Shown piece after piece: positions 30,761 through 41,010 of a DNA stretch of 64,000 nt; position 1 is the first letter of the stretch, and every line of letters starts with the position of its first letter. Made by a program: the position numbers and the translations under genes. Source of the stretch: Candidatus Kapaibacterium sp. (GTDB lineage: Bacteria; Bacteroidota; Ignavibacteria; Kapaibacteriales; UBA2268); assembly GCA_963665665.1 (NCBI GenBank), contig OY762428.1:160001-224000 (forward strand), given 5' to 3'. The notes beneath the pieces were generated by a model. It did not search any database. It saw nothing but the letters and a program-made list of their open reading frames with translations, and was not told the DNA's origin.

Positions 30761-31121
30761 TCATTTTCCGAAATTTATATCAATTTATCTTGCCTTTATT
30801 TTTTTCCTTCTCATTATCTCTTGTATTAAGGAACGTATCAGAAATAAATTTATTGACGGCAAAGAGTTAAATTTTTGAATTTTTTTTGTTATTTATTAAA
30901 CATGCTGTTTTTTGTCAAAAAACGAAGGAAATTAAATTTAGAAATTACAAATAATATTCGTATATTGCTGTTTCGGAGTAAATAGGCGGATTATTTTCTT
31001 TTTATCTTAGAATATTTTTGTTTTACCGCTTTTACCCCTCTACGTTTCAAAATAAAAATATTTTGCGGAATATTGAACATAAAAAAAATTATTTTTTGGT
31101 TACGTTAAGGACTAATATCAA

Positions 31122-32168
31122 ATGAAGCTTTCAGAATTCAAATATAATGCCCCTAAAACTGTAGCAGCTACCCAACCGGCAGATCCGAGAGATTCGTCAA
31201 AACTGATGATTTTGGATGTTAATAAAGAAAAAATTGAGAACAAGGTATTCTCGGATATTTATGACCAGTTTCAGAAAGGTGATTGCTTAGTACTTAACCA
31301 GACAAAAGTTTTTCCGGCCCGACTTTACGGTAATAAAGAAAAAACCAATGCAAAAATTGAAGTTATGCTTCTTAGAGAATTGAAATCTGAAGATCGTATC
31401 TGGGATGTTCTGGTAGAGCCCGCAAGAAAAGTAAGAATTGGAAATAAAATATATTTCGACGACGGAAAATTTTATTGTGAAGTAATCGACAACACTACAT
31501 CTCGTGGCAGAACTGTTCGATTCAGTTATGATGGCAACCTGTTCAGCGTGATTGAAAGAATCGGTGAAATGCCACTTCCATCCTATATCAGCAGAGAACC
31601 TGATGAATCAGATAAACAAAAATACCAGTGCGTTTTTGCTAATGAGAAATACTTAGCCTCGATAGCGCCTCCAACCAGCGGCCTGCACTTCACCGAAGAA
31701 ATGCTGCAAAAACTTGAGGAAAAAGGCGTAAGAATTGCAAAAATCAATCTGACTATCGGACAGGGTGTTTTCGAGAATATTGAAGTTGAAGACCTGACAA
31801 AACACAGGATGTATTCTGAAAACTTCGAAATATCTATGGAGGCAGCCGAAACGATCAATAAATCACTACTGAGCAAGAAAAATATTTTTGCTGTTGGTGC
31901 AAGTGTTGTAAGAGCTCTTGAAGCATCAGTTCTGACAACCGGGAAAGTTAAGCCCAATAAAGGCTGGACAGATAAGTTTATCTATCCTCCCTACGAGTTC
32001 AAAATTGCCAACAGGCTTATCACAAACTTCCACCCTTCAGCCACACCGTCACTTCTTCTTGCCGGAGCATTTGCAGGGAAGGAATTTCTTTTCAAGGCTT
32101 ACAAGCAGGGTATGAAGGATAATTATAGATTCTATGCTTATGGCGATGCTATGCTTGTAAAATTATAG
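31122..32168 (+). CDS. queA: S-adenosylmethionine:tRNA ribosyltransferase-isomerase (divergent motifs)
   Basis: RDSSKLM, NQTKVFPARL, GEMPLPSYI, PTSGLHF, ITNFH, YRFYAYGDAML. Confidence 0.88.
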   Translation: MKLSEFKYNAPKTVAATQPADPRDSSKLMILDVNKEKIENKVFSDIYDQFQKGDCLVLNQTKVFPARLYGNKEKTNAKIEVMLLRELKSEDRIWDVLVEPARKVRIGNKIYFDDGKFYCEVIDNTTSRGRTVRFSYDGNLFSVIERIGEMPLPSYISREPDESDKQKYQCVFANEKYLASIAPPTSGLHFTEEMLQKLEEKGVRIAKINLTIGQGVFENIEVEDLTKHRMYSENFEISMEAAETINKSLLSKKNIFAVGASVVRALEASVLTTGKVKPNKGWTDKFIYPPYEFKIANRLITNFHPSATPSLLLAGAFAGKEFLFKAYKQGMKDNYRFYAYGDAMLVKL

Positions 32169-32193
32169 TTACTACAACTATATCGCAAATTTT

Positions 32194-32223
32194 AAATCCC
32201 GGTGAATTCATCGGGATTTTTTT
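32194..32223 (+). terminator. Intrinsic terminator after queA
   Basis: aaatcccggtg-aatt-catcgggattt followed by a T run. Confidence 0.75.
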
Positions 32224-32444
32224 GTACCTTCATTTATGAACAGCTAATCAAATTTTAAAACGAATTATGAAGTTATAAGTTTATTACATTCCTACTTCAC
32301 ACTACGTATATATTTAGGAGGAGTCGGGAACTGAATTGGAACATTCAAAACTGAGACTTCAAAAATTCTTTTGATTCCGGAGGTCTGGCATCGAAAATTA
32401 ATTGAAATCAGGATTTCTCAAATTTGATTCTAACATGTACACAT

Positions 32445-32475
32445 AAAAAAATCCCGGCATAAGCCGGGATTTTTT
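32445..32475 (-). terminator. Intrinsic (bidirectional-type) terminator after the large T9SS gene
   Basis: aaaaaaatcccggc-ataa-gccgggatttttt. Confidence 0.8.
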
Positions 32476-32496
32476 ATAAATCAATATCTTCAGGAA

Positions 32497-35400
32497 TTAT
32501 TTGGTAACAACGAATTTTGTTGTTCCTTCAAATACTCCTGATGTCATCTTCACGTAATAAACGCCTGACGGAATATCGAGTGCGTTAACATCAAGTTCGA
32601 ATGTGTATTTTCCATGCTTAAGATTTCCATCGATAAGTGTTTTTACTTCTTTACCGAATGAATCATAGATAGAAATAGTGGTGTGGCCTTCGATTCCAAC
32701 CTGATAGGTAACTTCAGCAGTTGTGGATACCGGATGCGGACTCAGCCTTACTTTTTCAAAAGGAACACCAGTGATCTGAACCATCCTGAGGTCGTTAACA
32801 CAAACCGGGGCAATGATAATTTTACCGGGAATTTCCTGTTCGAATACATATCCGTTTGGCAGTCCGACGATTTCAAAGTCAACCGGAAGATCGATAACAT
32901 TCTTTTCTGCAAGGCCTACAAAGAGTTTGAAGCGGAACAGAACATTATGAGATTCAGTATCAAGGAAAGCACCGCCCGGAGCTTCCAATTCAACAAACAG
33001 ATGCTGACGATCGATAATTCTTGCTTCTGTTACCGAGAATCCGTCAGTCATTGTGTTATCTGTTATAATATCAGCTTTGCTGTCAAGTATAGGATATACT
33101 TCATAAGCATCCTGATTTGAAGCACCTGCAAATGTAACAATTACTTTAAACTGTTCAATTTCAGTATCAAGCAGAGCTTTTGTTTCGCTGTCTGCATTTT
33201 TCATTTTCACATCGATATCAAGAATATCACCGGGCTCAGCAGTATAATCATCTTCAATCCAGATAACTACATGATGATCTTTACCTTCGCCCCAGAGCAT
33301 AGATGTTTCGTCGCCAACTTCTGTTGTGTGGTAATCTATCTGTGCTTCGTAAGGTCTTACTTCGAGAGGAGCAAACTGTACGTCAACCTGTAATCTTTCT
33401 CCCTGCTCTACAACTATCGGAAGCTGATCTTTAGTAGCAGGTTTGCCTTCTATTTCCCAGCTGAGAATTGAGAAAAATTCTCTGTCTGTACCATCAATGG
33501 TAAGTGCTTCTTCGATTACTGCATCAACAGATCCGTTATTGACAAAGTATACAACTCCCTGGTCGCGTGTTGTAATAAAGTGCTGGAAGAAATTATGATC
33601 AGTAGCGCCAATACCAACAGTCTGTCCACGACCGATCAATGTATCAACAGGATTTTCAGGTGCGTCGTCGCCTGCATGTGTTGTTTCCAGCAATGCAATA
33701 TGGTCTCCTACTCCGGTTGCAGTAAATGTAATCGGAACAGGTAATTCTGCGCCAGGTTTCAAAGTAATCGGGTAAGGATTATCAATAAAGAACTGCGGAT
33801 CAATTTCAAAAGCATCTTTATTATCATTTGAAATCTGGATATTAGTAATTGTCAGATCCATTGCAGTCATATTATCCTGAGGCTCGGGAGCATCTTCCGG
33901 CATCGGGGCTTTGATCATACCAAATCCGGGAACCTGTGTGCCAACAAGAACTGCAGGTCCGAAATCATTACCTTCGATATCAATATGAGGCTGTAGCTCG
34001 ATACCATGGAGAATATCTGAAGCCGTTAGAATTTCACCATTAAATGAAGCAGTGAAAACTACATCAGATGTATATTCAGCTATACCGTCGCCTTCTTTAG
34101 GAGCAAAATAAGCTTTCAGGTAAACCGGTTCGTTCGGATTAAGCTGATTTGGAAGATTAGATTTATCCAATCTGAATACACCATGCGGATCATTTTCAAT
34201 TTCAACACTTTCTACGTTCAGTTTTGTGTTTCCTGAGTTGTTAACACGAACTGTCCATTCATATTCAGTTGAATCGTTGAATTCATCAATTACACGCCTT
34301 TTCATCCAGTCATGGCCAAGAATTTCCGGGCCTGCTTCTATACCTTCGCCCACCCATTCGGACCAAAGTTTATCTTTTTCTGTATTACCGGTAAACCAGG
34401 CAGTATCAATATCCTGCTGTCCGGCAACATCTGGTTTATACCAGACTGTAAATTGGTGGTCATCTCCACTTTCGCCCATAGGAGCAAGTTTAAGAGGGAA
34501 TTCCAGGTCCTCTACTCTCAGGAAGTGAGTTTTATCATCCCATACAATTGTATTAAGTTCAACTTCAAAATCACTTCTGTTTTCGATAATTACCGGCCTT
34601 GATTTTTCAGTTCCAACCGGAACCTGACCCCAGTTAGCATCACCAATCCAAACGATCGGTTCGCTCATGCGGAAACGAAGTTCGCCGAGAGGTTCTTCAA
34701 AGCATGAAAGAACGGCATAAACAGAATCCACTATATCATCAGACCTGAGTTTAAGAGCAGTAGCGCAAACTTCTACTTTAACTTCTCCACCCGGAGGTAT
34801 AGTTACAGGAAGTCCGCTGATATCGATCTTGAACTCTTCCTCGTTATATTTCAGGTAGAGTGAATCAACAACAGTTTCAACCTCACCCGGATTCGACAAT
34901 GTAAGGTCTTCGCATACTGTCTGATCAATTTGCAGCAATCCGAAATCAAGCTGTTCCGGATCGTATCCAATCTGCTCGGGGATATATTCATACTCACGAA
35001 TAATTGTTTTACCCGAACGGGTTTTTACTTCTACCGTAGCTTTAGCAGGCTGCTTAATATCAATAACATCGAGGTAATAATTCACAACCTGATCTTCTTC
35101 GGGATCAAATTCATCAACGTGCCATTCATAATTTTCTTCATTATAGATATCAATTCTGAAAATTTTAGCACAGGAAGAATCTTCCGGAAGAGCAATAGCA
35201 GTACCTACAACATTACCGCATATCATAGTATCTGTTACTACCAGTGAATCCTCGCACTGAATAGCAAAGTTAATACCAACAGGGTATCCATAAGCAAAAC
35301 CGTCTTTGGCAGCATCCCAGTTACCATAAGCATAACCTGCAAAAGTAACACCGCTGTCAGCTTCAATATAGTGGCTGCCTGCGCCAATTTCTTCAGTAAC

Positions 35401-36804
35401 GAAGCTGTATTCTGTACCGGGAATATTCCTTACAGCCATACCAAATTTTGCATAGAAGGACTGGCCGTCGAAGTATAATTTGCGTGTATCATCTGATTTG
35501 AATGTTACGTAAACAAAGTTATCCATCGCGCCCGGTGAACGGAATGAAGCATAGGAGCACCACTGTTCGATAGGAGTAAGACAGAACATCATACCCTGGC
35601 CGTTACGCGGGGGATTCTGAACTTCGTCGTCATCTTTTTCCGGAGGGTTGGCAGGATTTACTGCACGTGACCACCATGCTTTACCATACTGCCCGACAAG
35701 TATTTTTTTATTAGCAATATAGTATCCGGGTTCTGTCTGGCTGAGAATATCAAAAACCTCACCTTCCTTGAGAGTCGGGCTGATCTGTTTCAGTGAAGAA
35801 CCGTCGGCTCTCATCTGGGAGATTTGTGTTTCATCTTCAGTAGCAACAAACCTGATGATATCACCTTCGAGGTTTTCAACCATGTTGCCATCATTATAGG
35901 TACGGTCTTTATATTTAACCGGAGCAGAAATATATTCTTTACCAAGAAGTGAAACGGGCCACATCATATCGGCAAGCATATTTCTCATAAAGTCCGTTTT
36001 AATACCGTACATTGTTACCGAAAAGCGTGGGAAAGCACCTTTCGTATGGCCAGAAATAACTGCAATAGGTTTGTTTGCAGTAATTTTCGATCCTGAAAGA
36101 TCAGTTGCCCAATCCTGGTTCAGATATTCAAATATCTTAGCTTCTATCAGGTATGTATCGCCTTTGTTAAGCTTAACACTTCTTGTATTACCTTTTTTTA
36201 CACCGGATTCAGTTTCTGCAGATGGAGTATAGCTTACATCAGTTCTGTCCTCTGTTGCAACAACAAGAATCTGAGCAGGCTTCCATTCATTGTATCCGGA
36301 ACGCATTTTCACGTTGTCCTGATACATGTTCAGAGTAAAATATTTTTTACCAAGCCACTCAACAGGTGTAACACGATATGCTTCACCAGACCATTTATAT
36401 GCAACGAAAACAGCAACAGAAAAAGGATTATCGCCTGTCAGGTGAATACCTTTATCAGTAACTACCTCGCTTTCAAGATTTTCAAGGTGATCCGGCATTT
36501 CTACCACAACTACTTCGTGAGGCTGATCCAATTTCACATTTTTAACAAAAGAGCCGTCTTTTGATTCAATGTAAACATTGGTTGGAACTTTGGATGACAG
36601 CCAAAGTTCAATTGGATATATACCCCAACGAACAGGTTCCGACCTGTCCCTCAGGCAATGAGGAATACCAAGCCAGTACTCGCGCCCGTCTGTTATCTGT
36701 CCGTCATTATTCTGTGCCGAAGCAGGAATGGCGGGAACTGTCATAAATGCAACAAACAGGGCAATGAAAAGTTTCTTAAATATTGAGAAACCATAATTCA
36801 TCAT
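32497..36804 (-). CDS. Large secreted surface protein: IgGFc-binding-like N-terminus, tandem Ig-like (ASH/choice-of-anchor D) domains, T9SS C-terminal domain
   Basis: Signal peptide, GREYWLGIP, P..LGKKY, VATEDRTDV, KPIAVISGH, repeated DFG/DWG Ig-like units, and a CTD (PHPV...ISIYDSFGKEV...SGVYYVKM). Confidence 0.8.
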   Translation of the reverse strand: MMNYGFSIFKKLFIALFVAFMTVPAIPASAQNNDGQITDGREYWLGIPHCLRDRSEPVRWGIYPIELWLSSKVPTNVYIESKDGSFVKNVKLDQPHEVVVVEMPDHLENLESEVVTDKGIHLTGDNPFSVAVFVAYKWSGEAYRVTPVEWLGKKYFTLNMYQDNVKMRSGYNEWKPAQILVVATEDRTDVSYTPSAETESGVKKGNTRSVKLNKGDTYLIEAKIFEYLNQDWATDLSGSKITANKPIAVISGHTKGAFPRFSVTMYGIKTDFMRNMLADMMWPVSLLGKEYISAPVKYKDRTYNDGNMVENLEGDIIRFVATEDETQISQMRADGSSLKQISPTLKEGEVFDILSQTEPGYYIANKKILVGQYGKAWWSRAVNPANPPEKDDDEVQNPPRNGQGMMFCLTPIEQWCSYASFRSPGAMDNFVYVTFKSDDTRKLYFDGQSFYAKFGMAVRNIPGTEYSFVTEEIGAGSHYIEADSGVTFAGYAYGNWDAAKDGFAYGYPVGINFAIQCEDSLVVTDTMICGNVVGTAIALPEDSSCAKIFRIDIYNEENYEWHVDEFDPEEDQVVNYYLDVIDIKQPAKATVEVKTRSGKTIIREYEYIPEQIGYDPEQLDFGLLQIDQTVCEDLTLSNPGEVETVVDSLYLKYNEEEFKIDISGLPVTIPPGGEVKVEVCATALKLRSDDIVDSVYAVLSCFEEPLGELRFRMSEPIVWIGDANWGQVPVGTEKSRPVIIENRSDFEVELNTIVWDDKTHFLRVEDLEFPLKLAPMGESGDDHQFTVWYKPDVAGQQDIDTAWFTGNTEKDKLWSEWVGEGIEAGPEILGHDWMKRRVIDEFNDSTEYEWTVRVNNSGNTKLNVESVEIENDPHGVFRLDKSNLPNQLNPNEPVYLKAYFAPKEGDGIAEYTSDVVFTASFNGEILTASDILHGIELQPHIDIEGNDFGPAVLVGTQVPGFGMIKAPMPEDAPEPQDNMTAMDLTITNIQISNDNKDAFEIDPQFFIDNPYPITLKPGAELPVPITFTATGVGDHIALLETTHAGDDAPENPVDTLIGRGQTVGIGATDHNFFQHFITTRDQGVVYFVNNGSVDAVIEEALTIDGTDREFFSILSWEIEGKPATKDQLPIVVEQGERLQVDVQFAPLEVRPYEAQIDYHTTEVGDETSMLWGEGKDHHVVIWIEDDYTAEPGDILDIDVKMKNADSETKALLDTEIEQFKVIVTFAGASNQDAYEVYPILDSKADIITDNTMTDGFSVTEARIIDRQHLFVELEAPGGAFLDTESHNVLFRFKLFVGLAEKNVIDLPVDFEIVGLPNGYVFEQEIPGKIIIAPVCVNDLRMVQITGVPFEKVRLSPHPVSTTAEVTYQVGIEGHTTISIYDSFGKEVKTLIDGNLKHGKYTFELDVNALDIPSGVYYVKMTSGVFEGTTKFVVTK

Positions 36805-37188
36805 GTACTCCAAAAAAAATTGATAAAAATTCAAGTAATTTCATTTTATATATTTATTAAAACACAAAAGTCAATTTTTGCATATTATAAAAATAATTGC
36901 ATAAAAACAAGCTGTTATGTGTTAAGTTTTTCAGATATAAAGTCCTATTGCTATTTTTGTTTACCTAAACGTTCAAAGTTACTAAACATTCATCATATAT
37001 AACAATTAAAAACCGTTTTTGTCACAAATTTTTTTTAATTTTAACAAATTTATTTGCAACATGTTATTAAACGTATATGTTTTTAATAAATTACATTATT
37101 TTAAATAAGTTATATTGATATTTTTTTGTGTCGGGATTAAAAATATCCCTTATATTATTATTTTTTTTTAATCTAAAGTGGTACTTAT

Positions 37189-39369
37189 ATGCCTTATAAA
37201 ATAACATCTGTAATAATATTTTTAATATTTGTGGTTTTTCCACCTACAAGCGCAAAAATTTCGGATAACGAAATTTATTTCAGGGACAAAATTTCTCTGC
37301 AGGAAATTAGTAAAACAAAAAATAAGACTGACAATAAGCTTAATAATGCAACTTATGCGACAGGATCTTTTAATGGTTTTTTTGACTTAGTCGAAATATT
37401 CAGCAGATATGATTTATTACAAACACAATATCCGGAATATTTCATTGATAGAGAAATTCTTGGTTTTACTTTTGAAAACAAGCCGATAGCAGTATGGTGG
37501 TTTGGAAATTCCGAATCACCCCATGAAATATTATTTACCGGAATGCATCACGCAAATGAACCTTCCGGAATGATGGTCCTGACTTTTTTTATTGAAAAAC
37601 TACTGGAAACCGCTGCATCTGATCCGGAAAGCACCGAAGCACTGCTACTGAAAAACAGGAAAATTGCCGTTATTCCCTGCCTTAATCCTGACGGATATGT
37701 TTTAAATATCCTCATGGGAGCCAGCTGGAGAAAAAACCGAAGCCTCCCGGACAGCAACTCACATTATCACGGAGTTGACCTGAACCGGAATTATGGCCCC
37801 GAGGAATTCTGGAATTCTCCGTTTGGATATTCAGCAACAGAAAATAATTCAGATCTATACAGGGGCCCTTTTCCTTTCTCGGAAAAGGAAACCCGGGCTG
37901 TTAAAGATTTGTGCGAATCCAATAGTTTTAACCTGGCCCTTAATTATCACTCTTTTGGAAATTTTATAATTTATCCTTTTAGCGCATTAGCCCGCGAAAC
38001 TTCGGATTCTGCTTATTACAGAGAGCTGACTCTTGCCTTAACAAAAGAAAACAGGTTTCTGACCGGCCTGGATTCTTCTACTGTCAGATATCATTGCAGG
38101 GGTACGAGTGATGATTGGATGTACCAGGAAAATGAAAATAAAAATAAAATTTTTGCAATGACAGTTGAAATTGGCAACTATTCCGATGCAAAATACCCCA
38201 GGCCAGAGCGCATGGATACTCTGTGCTATCAAAACTACAGCATGAACATGAAAGCCCTTGAATGTGCTGGTTATTCAACTCATATCAAAACTATCTGCAG
38301 CAAATTCGATGAATCAACGAACAAATGCTTTATTGAACTTGAAGTAGTGAATACCGGAAGAAATTCGGGTATGACAAATTATATTTTTACTGCTCCATCA
38401 GGTGATTTAGTATTTGATGAACAATTGCAAACAATAAATTTTAAATCCCCCGGAGAAAAACAATACCTAAAAATTCCGATAACAATTACCAACAACATCA
38501 CAAACGGTTCTGAAAAAGAAATAATTATACAAACTGGATATCCGGATAATGTCCGGCGTCTTGATACATTAAATGTTATTTTGTGGAAATCCGATTCCAG
38601 AGTTTTGTTTGCATCAGAAGAAGATTTCAATAAATGGGAAACAACAACCGGAGGATGGGGAGTAGAAAAAGACATACTTAGTAATAGAATGGTACTTTCG
38701 GACAGCCCGGGGGGGAATTATTCAAATATCAAAAAAAATTATTTAACTTTTCGGGACGATATTGACCTGAGTGAAAAGAACAATGCTTATCTTCAATTCG
38801 ATTTCAGACTGATAACAGAACGAAAATATGATGTTGCCCTTGTGCAGGCATCGATTGATTCAGGAAAATCCTGGAATAATCTTGAAACAGGCAGAATGAT
38901 CCGTGGCGAGAGTCTGGCAAATGGAGCTTTCAAAAAAACAATGACAGGGCTGTCAGGAGTTTTCCCCGATTGGATAAGGCAGAAAGCTGATTTATCAGAA
39001 TTTTGCGGTAATAATATTAAGCTAAGATTCCTGATGCTTTCAGACGGGCAGGTTTTTCTGGATGGTATTTACTTAGATAGCGTAATTGTCCATGAATATG
39101 ATGATTCGATTATGTCAGCTGATGAAAAAAGTTTATCAGTTATCGATAATGTTTATCCTAATCCGGTAAATCAGGGGGATTATTTATTTTTCGATATGAC
39201 ATATATACCGGCAAATGTTGTATTATTTGATATATCCGGAAAGAAATTATTCAATAAGAATACTTATGAAAACAAAATAAAAATACCCGGCAATATTTCG
39301 TCCGGCATATATTATATCAGGATTGATTCACATGAAAAGACAATATCATATCCGGTTTTTGTTAGATAG
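37189..39369 (+). CDS. M14 zinc carboxypeptidase with T9SS C-terminal domain
   Basis: HANE zinc motif, NPDG, WRKN, GVDLNRNY, NYHSFG, TVEIG; CTD VYPNP...SSGIYYIRI. Confidence 0.9.
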   Translation: MPYKITSVIIFLIFVVFPPTSAKISDNEIYFRDKISLQEISKTKNKTDNKLNNATYATGSFNGFFDLVEIFSRYDLLQTQYPEYFIDREILGFTFENKPIAVWWFGNSESPHEILFTGMHHANEPSGMMVLTFFIEKLLETAASDPESTEALLLKNRKIAVIPCLNPDGYVLNILMGASWRKNRSLPDSNSHYHGVDLNRNYGPEEFWNSPFGYSATENNSDLYRGPFPFSEKETRAVKDLCESNSFNLALNYHSFGNFIIYPFSALARETSDSAYYRELTLALTKENRFLTGLDSSTVRYHCRGTSDDWMYQENENKNKIFAMTVEIGNYSDAKYPRPERMDTLCYQNYSMNMKALECAGYSTHIKTICSKFDESTNKCFIELEVVNTGRNSGMTNYIFTAPSGDLVFDEQLQTINFKSPGEKQYLKIPITITNNITNGSEKEIIIQTGYPDNVRRLDTLNVILWKSDSRVLFASEEDFNKWETTTGGWGVEKDILSNRMVLSDSPGGNYSNIKKNYLTFRDDIDLSEKNNAYLQFDFRLITERKYDVALVQASIDSGKSWNNLETGRMIRGESLANGAFKKTMTGLSGVFPDWIRQKADLSEFCGNNIKLRFLMLSDGQVFLDGIYLDSVIVHEYDDSIMSADEKSLSVIDNVYPNPVNQGDYLFFDMTYIPANVVLFDISGKKLFNKNTYENKIKIPGNISSGIYYIRIDSHEKTISYPVFVR

Positions 39370-39460
39370 CAGAGAAAAAAAAATTAAAAATTTGATTAAT
39401 CGTTAAGTTTTAAGAAATTTGTAGTCGTTTTAGATTGATTTATTGAAAGTAAGTGCAGGA

Positions 39461-40105
39461 ATGACAGATAAAATTGGCGAGAATGATGTATACTACACAA
39501 GTTTAAGACCTGAAAGAACTGAAATAAAGATCAAAGGCTCAAGATTTATAGCATCTGCCAAAAGTGTATCATCAAAGGAAGAAGCAATATCTTATCTAAA
39601 TGATATTAAGTCAGAGTTCCATGATGCCAGGCACAATTGTTTCGCTTACAGGATAGGAAAAGAAGGAATGGAATTTCGCGCATCAGATGACGGCGAGCCA
39701 TCAGGAAGTGCCGGCAAACCCATCCTTTTCACGATAAAGAAATACGGCCTTACGGATATAATTGTTGTTGTAACAAGATATTTCGGCGGTACAAAGCTCG
39801 GAGTTGGCGGGCTGGCAAGGGCATATTCTGATTCTTCTGAAGAAACATTGAAAATTTCTAAAAGAAAGCCGATCTACATTGTAAATCCTGTTAAAATCTT
39901 TTGCACTTATGAAGATATTAATGCGGTGAAAAGGCTTGTTGATGAATATTCAATAAATTTTCAGGATTACTATGCTGATTCAATTGAAATTGATGCAAAT
40001 ATTCCGGCTTCGCTGGCACAAAGATTTAGCGCTGAATTGACTTCTAAAACATCTGGAAGGGCCGGCTGCATTCTTTCTGAAAAAAATAATAATATAATGC
40101 TGTAA
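39461..40105 (+). CDS. yigZ: IMPACT/YigZ family protein
   Basis: IKGSRF, ARHNCFAY, SDDGEPSGSAGKP, VTRYFGGTKLGVGGLARAY. Confidence 0.93.
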   Translation: MTDKIGENDVYYTSLRPERTEIKIKGSRFIASAKSVSSKEEAISYLNDIKSEFHDARHNCFAYRIGKEGMEFRASDDGEPSGSAGKPILFTIKKYGLTDIIVVVTRYFGGTKLGVGGLARAYSDSSEETLKISKRKPIYIVNPVKIFCTYEDINAVKRLVDEYSINFQDYYADSIEIDANIPASLAQRFSAELTSKTSGRAGCILSEKNNNIML

Positions 40106-40121
40106 CTACATCGGAAAAAAA

Positions 40122-41003
40122 ATGAAAATTGTAAGAACAATAAAAGATATGCAGAATATATCTGATAGATTCAGGGCAGAAGGTAAGAAAATTTCTTTGG
40201 TTCCAACAATGGGATATTTCCATGAAGGCCATTTAAGCCTGATGAAAAGAGGAAAAGAACTGGCTGATATAGTTATTACAACATTATTTGTAAATCCCAC
40301 TCAATTCTCACCCAATGAAGATCTTGACAAATACCCGAGGGATTTTGACAGAGACCGGAAATTGGCAGAAAATGCAGGAGCAGATTTTCTTTTCTTTCCG
40401 GATGTTAAGGAAATGTACCCTGATGGGTTTGACCTGAGAATTAATATTGGCGGGGTTACATCTGAATTCGAGGGAAAAAGCAGGCCGACTCATTTTTCCG
40501 GTGTAGCCACTGTTGTAGCAAAATTGTTCCTTGCCACGAACCCACATATAGCTTTATTCGGGCAAAAGGATTACCAGCAGACACTTGTTGTACGTAAACT
40601 AAATCATGACCTGAATTTCAATATCGACATCGCAGTTTCTCCTACAATCAGGGAAGCAGATGGTTTGGCCATGAGTTCAAGGAATAAATATCTATCGGCA
40701 GAACACCGCGGAAAAGCGACCATTCTGTTCAAGGCCCTCGAAGCGGGGCGTCTGGTAATTGAATCCGGCGAGCGCGACAGGAAAATAATTAACGCACACA
40801 TTCATAAAACGCTAAGAACTGTTTCTGAAATCAGGATTGATTATGCCTGTACTGTTGATGCAGGTACTCTGGGAGTGCAGGATAAATTCGATGCCGGGCA
40901 AAAGGTTGTAATCCTTTTAGCCTGCTATCTTGGTAAAACCCGCCTTATAGATAATGCTCTGATAACTATCCCTGCGAAATTTCCGCCTGTTGCAATGACG
41001 TGA
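40122..41003 (+). CDS. panC: Pantoate--beta-alanine ligase
   Basis: VPTMGYFHEGH, FVNPTQF, RPTHFSGV, FGQKDYQQ, GLAMSSRN, TRLIDN. Confidence 0.97.
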   Translation: MKIVRTIKDMQNISDRFRAEGKKISLVPTMGYFHEGHLSLMKRGKELADIVITTLFVNPTQFSPNEDLDKYPRDFDRDRKLAENAGADFLFFPDVKEMYPDGFDLRINIGGVTSEFEGKSRPTHFSGVATVVAKLFLATNPHIALFGQKDYQQTLVVRKLNHDLNFNIDIAVSPTIREADGLAMSSRNKYLSAEHRGKATILFKALEAGRLVIESGERDRKIINAHIHKTLRTVSEIRIDYACTVDAGTLGVQDKFDAGQKVVILLACYLGKTRLIDNALITIPAKFPPVAMT

Positions 41004-41010
41004 TTGTTAA

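Noticed and set aside
32224-32444. Possible small gene between two terminators (AGGAGG at about 32316)
   Set aside because: Only very short ORFs at poor spacing from the RBS-like word, and no clear structure.
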